A stretch of DNA of 52,240 nt from Candidatus Zhuqueibacterota bacterium (GTDB taxonomy: Bacteria; Zhuqueibacterota; Zhuqueibacteria; Oceanimicrobiales; Oceanimicrobiaceae). The position numbers and the translations under genes were made by a program. Each line of letters opens with the position of its first letter. The first letter of the stretch is position 1. The DNA lies in the NCBI GenBank assembly GCA_022562085.1, contig JADFPY010000001.1:1-52240 (forward strand), read 5' to 3'. Positions 9,921 to 17,561 of the stretch are shown here, one piece after another. The notes below the pieces were generated by a model, which was given only the letters and a program-made list of their open reading frames with translations, was not told the DNA's origin and ran no database searches.

Positions 9921-11288
9921 ATGTCTAAGGGAAACATACTAATAGTCGAAGATAACGAAGATTTAGGCCTAACTCTGGCTGACGTTTTGAGAAAAGAAAG
10001 CAACAAAGTCAGCATTGCCTTAACCGGCGAGCATGCTTTGTCTGTCCTTCAAAAAGAGATAATCAACTTGGTTCTTTTGGATATTAAACTTCCCGACATT
10101 AATGGTATAGAGCTGCTTCAAAAAATTAAAGAGAAGGACCCGGATATTCTGGTAATTATGATAACTGCACTAACCGACGCTAAACCCGCGATAGACGCCA
10201 TGAAAATGGGCGCCTATGATTATTTGATGAAGCCGTTTGAATTGGATGAGCTTAAGATCGATGTGGCAAAAGCTCTGGAGACTCAGGATCTCAAAAGAGA
10301 GGTGACCCGACTCAAGAGCCAGCGCAAAGAGGCATTTCCAGACAATGAGCTTTTTGGAGAAACGGAACCGATACGCGAACTCAAGAAGCTGATTCATATC
10401 GTCGCATCAACACCGAAGACCTCTGTTTTGATTCAAGGTGAAAGCGGCACGGGAAAAGAGCTGGTTGCAAATGCTATTCATAACTGGAGCCAGCGTAAAG
10501 ATAAGCCGCTGGTTAAAATCAATTGCAGCGCGATTCCGGAAACTCTTCTGGAGAGCGAGCTGTTTGGTCATGAAAGGGGTTCGTTTACTGATGCCAAAAC
10601 TCTCAAAAAAGGCATCTTTGAAATGGCCAACAACGGCACGATTTTTTTAGATGAAATTTCCAGCATGCAGATGTCCATTCAACCGAAACTTTTGCGCGTA
10701 CTCGAAACCCAGTCTTTTCGGAGAATCGGCGGGACTTCAGACATCCAGATCGACGTGAGAATAATTGCCGCCACAAATAGAAATCTTGAAGATTGCATTG
10801 AGAAGCAGATTTTCAGGGAAGATTTATATTACCGACTGAAAGTGATGGTCATAAACATTCCACCGTTGCGGGAAAGGCAGGAGGATGTCATTCCGTTAGC
10901 TATGTTGTTTATTGAGCGAAACAACAAAGAAATTGTCAAAGAGATAAAAGGCATCTCTCCCGAAACTCAGGAGCGCATGCTGAAATACAACTGGCCAGGC
11001 AATGTTCGGGAACTTAAAAATGTGATCGAAAGAGCGGTTATTTTATGTGGCGAGGATAAACTCCAGTTAGACCATCTGCCGGAACTGCGAGATGGCGTTT
11101 CGAGACTAGGACCTTCCAAGGAATTTTCTTCCTTTTCAAGCGACGACGACTCCTTAGAAGCAATGGAGAAACAGCATATTTTTAGAATGCTGGAAAAATA
11201 TAACGGCAACAAGTCTCAAACTGCCCGAAACCTGAGCATCTCTCGTTCAACTCTTCGCGAGAAAATGAAAAACTACGGCATCGCTTGA
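9921..11288 (+). CDS. Sigma54-dependent response regulator (NtrC/AtoC family enhancer-binding protein)
   Basis: REC: ILIVEDNEDL, LVLLDIKLPDINGI, LMKPF. AAA+ domain: Walker A GESGTGKE, ESELFGHERGSFTDA (a variant of the GAFTGA loop), Walker B IFLDEI. C-terminal Fis-type HTH SQTARNLSISRSTLREKMKNYGI. Confidence 0.92.
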   Translation: MSKGNILIVEDNEDLGLTLADVLRKESNKVSIALTGEHALSVLQKEIINLVLLDIKLPDINGIELLQKIKEKDPDILVIMITALTDAKPAIDAMKMGAYDYLMKPFELDELKIDVAKALETQDLKREVTRLKSQRKEAFPDNELFGETEPIRELKKLIHIVASTPKTSVLIQGESGTGKELVANAIHNWSQRKDKPLVKINCSAIPETLLESELFGHERGSFTDAKTLKKGIFEMANNGTIFLDEISSMQMSIQPKLLRVLETQSFRRIGGTSDIQIDVRIIAATNRNLEDCIEKQIFREDLYYRLKVMVINIPPLRERQEDVIPLAMLFIERNNKEIVKEIKGISPETQERMLKYNWPGNVRELKNVIERAVILCGEDKLQLDHLPELRDGVSRLGPSKEFSSFSSDDDSLEAMEKQHIFRMLEKYNGNKSQTARNLSISRSTLREKMKNYGIA

Positions 11289-11494
11289 TTGGATTGGCCT
11301 AAAATCGGCCATCTGCTTGAGATTTCTTCAGCTTTTTTACCTTCCTAAATCTTCTATTTTTTTATTCTTATTAAGCATTTCGAGAGTTGTAAAAATTTCT
11401 TATTGAGTTAAGGTTTTGATTTTCTTTGACGAAACTATTTTGAGAGGTTTTCTCTCTATAAACTTTGAGCGAAAACAGATCAACACGTAAAAAA

Positions 11495-11510
11495 TGGTAC
11501 GGCCTTTGCT
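11495..11510 (+). promoter_or_regulatory. Sigma54 (RpoN) -24/-12 promoter
   Basis: TGGTACGGCCTTTGCT matches TGGCACG-N4-TTGCW with correct GG/GC spacing and one mismatch. It lies 50 nt upstream of the ParA-like start and directly downstream of an NtrC-type activator gene. Confidence 0.7.
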
Positions 11511-11560
11511 TTAATGATGCCAAAATAAGTTTATCAGAAATGACCAACTAAAGGAATGTT

Positions 11561-12379
11561 ATGGGAGAGGTTATCGCCATTTCCAGCCAGAAAGGTGGTG
11601 TTGGCAAAACGACAACAGCAGTAAATTTAGGCGCAAGTCTGGCCCATCTGGGGCATCGTGTCTTATTGATCGATATGGATCCCCAGGGAAGTGTTTCGGC
11701 AAGTTTCGGTCACAATCGTTATGATATCGTTGCCGGAATTATAGACATTTTTATTGAAGAGGTTCCAGTTTCAAAAGCAATTCATGCGACCGGGCAAGAT
11801 AATTTTGATTTTATCCCCACAAATTTATGGGCAGATGAAAGCGAAAAAAGAAAGTTAATTGGAATTGCTCCGAAAATACAATTAAAAAAGGTTTTGGAAC
11901 CCATTAAAGAAGACTACGATTTTATTCTGATTGATTGTCCGCCGTCTGTCGGAAATTTGACTTTTAATGCCCTGACAGCGGCCGACTCGATAATTATTCC
12001 AATCCAGTGCGAATACTACGCTCTCAAAGCTCTGGGACGCTTCCTGAAGCTCACCAGAATTATTAAAAATGAGTTGAATCCAAATTTAAGATACCGCGGT
12101 TTTTTGTTGACTATGGTGGATATACGAAATAAGCTCACTAATATAGTAATCGAAAAAATCCGGTGTACATTGCAGGGATTGGTTTTTGACACCATGATTC
12201 CAAGAAACATTAGGTTGGCCGAAGTTCCTTACCGCGGCGGTGCTGTGATAACCTTTGACAAAAGCTGCAAGGGTGCACAAAGCTATTTAGATTTAGCGAA
12301 CGAGGTCCTCGACCACAAAGTAAGAACCGTGGTAACCGCTGAAGAGTCTGAGAAAATAAACGTTGTAGAGGGAGTCTAA
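11561..12379 (+). CDS. Orphan ParA/Soj-family P-loop ATPase (no ParB partner nearby)
   Basis: Deviant Walker A SQKGGVGKTTTAVNLG, LIDMDPQG, Walker B ILIDCPPS. Soj-like C-terminal region IPRNIRLAEVPYRGGAVITFDKSCKGAQSYLDLANEV. Confidence 0.9.
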   Translation: MGEVIAISSQKGGVGKTTTAVNLGASLAHLGHRVLLIDMDPQGSVSASFGHNRYDIVAGIIDIFIEEVPVSKAIHATGQDNFDFIPTNLWADESEKRKLIGIAPKIQLKKVLEPIKEDYDFILIDCPPSVGNLTFNALTAADSIIIPIQCEYYALKALGRFLKLTRIIKNELNPNLRYRGFLLTMVDIRNKLTNIVIEKIRCTLQGLVFDTMIPRNIRLAEVPYRGGAVITFDKSCKGAQSYLDLANEVLDHKVRTVVTAEESEKINVVEGV

Positions 12380-12381
12380 TA

Positions 12382-12777
12382 TTGCCTACGATTCTTTTAG
12401 TTGAAGATGATACTAACACTCGTTTTGGACTTGCAGAGATTTTAACAAGTGAAGGCTACGACGTCGTATTAGCGGAGGATGCTGAGGAAGCCCTTGAAAA
12501 GGTAGACTGGGAAACCGACTTGCTATTATCAGATTTACAACTTCCCGGGATCTCTGGTTTGGCGTTGTGGAATCAAGCGAGGCAGCGGTACCCGGAGTTG
12601 GTTTCAATCATTATGACTGCATTTAACACTCCCGAAAATAAATTGCAAGCGGAGGATTCAGGGGTTTTCTCTTTTCTCAACAAGCCTTTGAATATTGATC
12701 AGTTGTTATCAGCAATAGAGAACGCACTGCTTCAAAATAAATTAAATGGGCGACATATTTTGATAAAGGCACTGTGA
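12382..12777 (+). CDS. Single-domain CheY-like response regulator
   Basis: TTG start 2 nt after the ParA-like stop. REC motifs: ILLVEDDTN, phospho-acceptor context LLLSDLQLPGISG, IMTAF, NKPL. No output domain. Confidence 0.85.
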   Translation: MPTILLVEDDTNTRFGLAEILTSEGYDVVLAEDAEEALEKVDWETDLLLSDLQLPGISGLALWNQARQRYPELVSIIMTAFNTPENKLQAEDSGVFSFLNKPLNIDQLLSAIENALLQNKLNGRHILIKAL

Positions 12778-13536
12778 TTGAATCGTGATTCATTTGAGTT
12801 CTTTTTAAATCGGAAGGAGGTAACGGTTTTGATAGTTTCATTTTTGGTTTCTATGTTTAAGAAGGCTTTATTTATGGGTCTCATGGTTTTGATGTTCGTA
12901 TCAGTGATGAGTTTTACCCACAATAATAGCTTAAAACTGCAGAAGGAACGCGAGACGCTCAGCGAAATCACGCGCGAGGTGCTGAACTATCAAGGGACTG
13001 TCAAGACAGAAAGTTTCCGAAAAAATGCCATCAACAAAATTATTGGCATCATTGACAGATATAATCGCACAATGAGTAGCAGCTTGAAATATGACATTGC
13101 CAGAGAAATCCAAAAGATGAGTGTTAAATATTCAAATTTGGATATCAATCTCATTTGTGCAACCATTACTCATGAAAGCGCGCGAAGTTGGCGGCCGGAA
13201 GTGGTGTCCCCGGCAGGAGCTTTGGGGTTGATGCAAATTATGCCATATACCGGGAAACATCTTGTCAAGCATGAAGGGATTAAGTGGACGTCTTCTAAGG
13301 AAGTTCTATTTAACCCGATTACCAATATAAGAATAGGCTGCCGTTATCTTTCCATGTTGGTTGAGCTTTACAATGTTGATGGCGGCCTTGCGGCCTATAA
13401 CGGCGGGCCAAGACGAGCCAAAAAATGGATTACCAGCGGGCGCAATTATGACGTTTTGCTGGAAGAAACCCGGTATTATGTACCCGCAGTTTTGGAATTA
13501 TATGATCATTATAAAAGCAGAACTTTGTTAGATTAG
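12778..13536 (+). CDS. Membrane-anchored lytic transglycosylase (SLT domain, GH23)
   Basis: Hydrophobic anchor ALFMGLMVLMFVSVMSF. Catalytic-Glu motif ATITHESARSW. GALGLMQIMPYTG and AAYNGGPRRA motifs. The true start may be internal, after the SD GGAAGGAGG at 12813-12821. Confidence 0.85.
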   Translation: MNRDSFEFFLNRKEVTVLIVSFLVSMFKKALFMGLMVLMFVSVMSFTHNNSLKLQKERETLSEITREVLNYQGTVKTESFRKNAINKIIGIIDRYNRTMSSSLKYDIAREIQKMSVKYSNLDINLICATITHESARSWRPEVVSPAGALGLMQIMPYTGKHLVKHEGIKWTSSKEVLFNPITNIRIGCRYLSMLVELYNVDGGLAAYNGGPRRAKKWITSGRNYDVLLEETRYYVPAVLELYDHYKSRTLLD

Positions 13537-13550
13537 GTTTAAGTTAAGAT

Positions 13551-15263
13551 ATGCCAGTAAAACCGAACGAGTTGTCAATAGATCATTTTCGTACCGAGCT
13601 GATAAATCGTTTTTTCCATTCTGAGAGTTACTTTTTACATTGTTTTGGCCACCACCTTCAGGCTTTCCTGGATGAGGGAGGCAACTCAAACAAGAATGAG
13701 TATCTGCTCGTCGGAAATTTGATGGATAAACTCGTCGCTTCTCAGAATGTCACTTCCGAATTCGAATCAATTTTAGCGCTGCAAGGTTTTGAAGAGTTCA
13801 AGGAAAGGCTCTCAAATGGAATTCAATACCTCTACGAGTCCGACCTGGAACCTGAAAAAATGAAAATCGAGATCGAGAGTCTGGCGCAATCGATGTTCGG
13901 CAGTGCAGTAGCTGCTTTTCAAAATGAAGAAAGCAATCATGAAATAAAAAGCCTGCTTGGGATTAATCTCATACCGGCAGATAGTGTAGATGTGTTAGAG
14001 TTACAGGAGCCATCTTCTGAAGGACCAGGATTAACGGAGTCAGAATTCTCAATGGAAGAGACAGACGGCATGGATGCCATTCCTCGGAACCAATTTGAAG
14101 AAAAGGATTTTCTTCTACCTGTGGATGAGGGCAAGGACGCGAACCCTGATGAACTGGAAGTTGGTTTGGTTGAAGAAGATGGCTCTCGTAACTCTGCCCA
14201 TGACGATGTTATCCTGATTAATAGTGAAGTAAGTCAGAAACCCGCAAGTGTTGATGAGGCCTTTCATTTGGCTGTGGGAAACCAAGTTAATGAATTACAG
14301 AATAAAATTGACCTTCTGAGCTCCGAGAACCATAACAGCAACAGCTTGCAGAAGTGTGATGAAATTTTTGAAAATATTCTTTCCAGTTCGATGATTTGTG
14401 GTTTTGACGCGGTTGAAGAAGTCGCTGCGCAAGCAAGAAGATTTTTAGCGAACCTAAGCAGACAGTCAAATTTTGACGGCTGTCTTGCAATCTCACTGCT
14501 GACAGAAACAGTCAGCGTTCTTAAGATGATTTTGGAAAACGACCCGGATAACGTTGACGAACAAGCAATTTCGAATCTTTCTCAAAACCTTCTGAACCCG
14601 AATACAGTTGTCCCTACCAAAGAAGACGCTTCCGTAGCGCCAAAACCAAATAAAGAAAAGAATGATGAGCCGGTTAATTCTGGGCACTCCAATCTTGATG
14701 AATTTAAACTACCTGGCGAGGATGAGATTTTTAGTTTAATTAGCGAAATATCTGGAAATAGTCCACTTCAACAAGGAGTGGATATGCCTCCGAAATCGTC
14801 ACCAGAGCCAGAGCCTGAAATTAGTGCTGACGTCATGCAGGCTGAACCTGAGGACTTACTTTCAAGTTATAAGCAGCAGGCGGAGCTTTATTTTAAGGTA
14901 ATTGAGCAAGCGCTGAATCTTCTTGAGGGGCAACCCGGCCATAAAACCGCTCTCAAAGATATTGAGCTCGCTTGCAAATCGCTCTACGAGCTTTTAATGA
15001 AAATGAACCTGGATTCCATCGCTAAAACACCTGCACTTATGTCCAAATTAATCAATAGCATAATAAGCAATAGATATTCGCTGTCCACACACGAGCATAG
15101 CTTAATCAAAAATTCACTCAAAGATTTTCATGATATTGCCAACGTAGTTGATACGGAAAGACGAGAGTTTAAGGAAAACCTCGCTTCACTACAATCTTTG
15201 AATTCAAAAATTAAAATGAGCCAATCTCCATTACCCGATGCCAGAACGATAGACAAATTTTAA
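13551..15263 (+). CDS. 570-aa hyper-acidic protein with two HPt/CheA-P1-like helical modules lacking the acceptor His (putative scaffold)
   Basis: Long D/E/P/S-rich low-complexity stretches (for example SSPEPEPEISADVMQAEPEDLL). Two segments (about nt 14280-14540 and 14866-15160) fit the HPt helix pattern by eye (...IFENILSSSMICGFDAVEEVAAQARRFL...; ...LACKSLYELLMKMNLDSIAKTPALMSKLI...). I recognise no other family. Confidence 0.45.
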   Translation: MPVKPNELSIDHFRTELINRFFHSESYFLHCFGHHLQAFLDEGGNSNKNEYLLVGNLMDKLVASQNVTSEFESILALQGFEEFKERLSNGIQYLYESDLEPEKMKIEIESLAQSMFGSAVAAFQNEESNHEIKSLLGINLIPADSVDVLELQEPSSEGPGLTESEFSMEETDGMDAIPRNQFEEKDFLLPVDEGKDANPDELEVGLVEEDGSRNSAHDDVILINSEVSQKPASVDEAFHLAVGNQVNELQNKIDLLSSENHNSNSLQKCDEIFENILSSSMICGFDAVEEVAAQARRFLANLSRQSNFDGCLAISLLTETVSVLKMILENDPDNVDEQAISNLSQNLLNPNTVVPTKEDASVAPKPNKEKNDEPVNSGHSNLDEFKLPGEDEIFSLISEISGNSPLQQGVDMPPKSSPEPEPEISADVMQAEPEDLLSSYKQQAELYFKVIEQALNLLEGQPGHKTALKDIELACKSLYELLMKMNLDSIAKTPALMSKLINSIISNRYSLSTHEHSLIKNSLKDFHDIANVVDTERREFKENLASLQSLNSKIKMSQSPLPDARTIDKF

Positions 15264-15300
15264 AGAAGATAAAGTTTTATTCGCATTACATCATGATGAT

Positions 15301-16941
15301 ATGGTTAGTACAATGGCAAACAAAATTAAGACTGAAATAGATAAGCAACTGGAAGCAGTTCTCAGTTCACATAAAACCAAAATTCGTATTGTCGGTACAG
15401 GTGGGGGAGGAAACAACACGGTCACCCGGTTAGTTGAAGTCGGCATTAGTGAGGTTGACGTAATTGCCGTAAATACGGATGCCCAGGACTTGCTCTATGC
15501 CAAAGCTGATCACAAGGTTTTGATTGGCAAAAACATTACCCATGGCCTGGGAGCTGGCAGCGATCCTCAAAAAGGTGAAGATTCAGCGAAAGAAAACATT
15601 GAGGAACTGGAGGAAGTTCTCTCTGACAGCGATATGGTTTTTATCACCTGCGGACTGGGCGGGGGCACAGGAACAGGTTCAGCTCCGGTCATTGCTGAGA
15701 TTTCCAAGAGATGTGGGGCACTGACCATAGCGGTGGTAACATTGCCATTTAGCGACGAAGGCGTTATTAGATGGGAAAATGCTCGAAAAGGCCTCGAACA
15801 GTTACAGAATAACGTTGATACGGTCATTGTCGTTCAGAACGACCTGCTATTAGATTTAGTTCCGGATATGCCCCTGAATGCTGCTTTTAAATTTGCAGAC
15901 GAAATTTTAGTGAATGCGGTTAAAGGAATCACCGAGCTGGTGACCGAGAAGGGCCTGGTAAATCTGGACTTTGCCGATGTGAAAACCATCATGCAAGGCG
16001 GCGGACTTGCGATGATCGGTTTGGGAGAAACAGATTCGCAAGAAAACATCGAAGAAGCAGCCAAGAAAGCGCTGGAAAATCCGCTGCTAGATATCGATAT
16101 TACTGGCGCGAAGAGCGCGTTGATTAACATAACCGGCGGTCAAGATATGTCTTTGAAGTCAGCGAAAACCATTATGAAGACAGTTGCCGAGCAATTAGAT
16201 CCATCTGCGAAAATTATTTGGGGAACCCGAATCGACGAATCTATGGGGCAGTCCCTGAGAGTGATGCTCATCGTGACCTGCTTGAAATCCGGCCAACCCT
16301 CGACCTCTGGGAAGGAAACCCGGCCGAGCTTCGAAATAAGTGACGAAACGTCTTCCCAAGATGAAGCCGAAGAGGTTCAAGTGGTTGAAAATTCAGACAC
16401 AGCTTCGCAGCATCCTTCCAAATCTCAAAAAGTATTTTCCGAAATTTTCATGGAAGAGACAGAAACGGACATTTCAGTCCTGGAAGAAGCGATTAATAAC
16501 TTAGCTGTAGAAAGTGGTGAGAACGAGAAACATCTTAGTGACATTAGCACCTCTGCTTCATCTATTTACAGTTCATCTGAATTGTTTGATTATGACAAAA
16601 TATCAGAGTTCGCAGAACTTTTGGGAGAAGTTACTAAAGATGCATTAAATGGTAAACTCAATCTTTCTGAAGACGTCATAGAATTATTTCAACAAATGCC
16701 TTCAGCGTTAAGAAGTGCCACGAAAGGAGATGGAAAAGACCTCGAAGAGATAAAGCAAAGTATTCTGAAGTTACTGGACTCGATTATTCAATCGCGCGAC
16801 ACCGATTCGGCTCCGGATTTTGAATCCACTGATGAAGAGCCTGAGATTCTTAATGAATCCGAAGCTCAGGAAGAGGAAGTTGAGGATCTTGAGCATACAA
16901 ATGTTCGTGAAACGGTAAAATACTTTGATAAACTGCTTTAA
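15301..16941 (+). CDS. ftsZ: FtsZ-family tubulin-like GTPase with about 210-aa C-terminal extension (acidic linker, HPt-like module, acidic tail)
   Basis: Motifs present: IRIVGTGGGGNNTV, NTDAQDL, GLGAGSDPQKG, tubulin signature FITCGLGGGTGTG, VVTLPFSDEG, T7 loop NLDFADV, and C-terminal domain motifs AMIGLGE...ALENPLLD...INITGG. There is no adjacent ftsA or other dcw genes. Confidence 0.9.
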   Translation: MVSTMANKIKTEIDKQLEAVLSSHKTKIRIVGTGGGGNNTVTRLVEVGISEVDVIAVNTDAQDLLYAKADHKVLIGKNITHGLGAGSDPQKGEDSAKENIEELEEVLSDSDMVFITCGLGGGTGTGSAPVIAEISKRCGALTIAVVTLPFSDEGVIRWENARKGLEQLQNNVDTVIVVQNDLLLDLVPDMPLNAAFKFADEILVNAVKGITELVTEKGLVNLDFADVKTIMQGGGLAMIGLGETDSQENIEEAAKKALENPLLDIDITGAKSALINITGGQDMSLKSAKTIMKTVAEQLDPSAKIIWGTRIDESMGQSLRVMLIVTCLKSGQPSTSGKETRPSFEISDETSSQDEAEEVQVVENSDTASQHPSKSQKVFSEIFMEETETDISVLEEAINNLAVESGENEKHLSDISTSASSIYSSSELFDYDKISEFAELLGEVTKDALNGKLNLSEDVIELFQQMPSALRSATKGDGKDLEEIKQSILKLLDSIIQSRDTDSAPDFESTDEEPEILNESEAQEEEVEDLEHTNVRETVKYFDKLL

Positions 16942-16964
16942 TTTCAGCTGCTAATATTGAAAGC

Positions 16965-17534
16965 ATGAACTCGTCAAGTATGCAGGATCCCTCATTGCAA
17001 AAACCTTATGTTCGCAAGGTAATGCGAGGTTTAAAAAAGATAAGGATTGCCCTTGCCAGGGTTCATGACAACCCGAACAATCGCGATGCTTGTATTGAAA
17101 TTCGGAACACAGCCCAATCAATTTCCGAACTTGCAATGATACATGGGTATCACGGCGTCGAAAGCATCGCGCGCAAGATTTATACCTCATTTAAGCGGTC
17201 CAAAATTAAATCAGATCCTGATTTTCTTTACAAAATCGAACTCGCTGTCAAAGGCATTCAACGTGTGGTGGGAATGGAAGACGGGATAGAGAGTAAATTG
17301 ACCATTGAAAAGGTAACTCGGGGCGCGAAAGAGGTCTCTAAACAAATCTCAAGTCTCGATGAGCTTAGTGAAGAGCAGCGCCAAATGGTTGAATTGGAAA
17401 GTGACGCGAAACTTTTATTTGATATAAAAGAGAGCGATTTTTTAAACAATATTCCAGGTGTACCCATCTCAAAAAATATAAAAACCGATCTTAAGATCAA
17501 CCCGAACCGGCAAGATACCTTCCTGAGCAGATAA
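16965..17534 (+). CDS. 189-aa HPt/CheA-P1-like protein without acceptor histidine
   Basis: VMRGLKKIRIALARVHDNPNNRDACIEIRNTAQSISELAMIHGYHGVESIARKIYTSFKR...DPDFLYKIELAVKGIQRVV fits the HPt four-helix pattern by eye. Gln occupies the position ten residues before the conserved Gly, where His is expected. Confidence 0.4.
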   Translation: MNSSSMQDPSLQKPYVRKVMRGLKKIRIALARVHDNPNNRDACIEIRNTAQSISELAMIHGYHGVESIARKIYTSFKRSKIKSDPDFLYKIELAVKGIQRVVGMEDGIESKLTIEKVTRGAKEVSKQISSLDELSEEQRQMVELESDAKLLFDIKESDFLNNIPGVPISKNIKTDLKINPNRQDTFLSR

Positions 17535-17561
17535 ATAAAATCGTCTCATAACACCTCCGAC

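Noticed and set aside
11561-12379. Reading the ParA-like gene as an ordinary chromosome-partition parAB locus.
   Set aside because: No ParB gene and no parS-like palindrome were noticed in the window. The gene is embedded in a sigma54 operon with FtsZ, so it is treated as an orphan ParA. This still needs the genome-wide check described in the findings.
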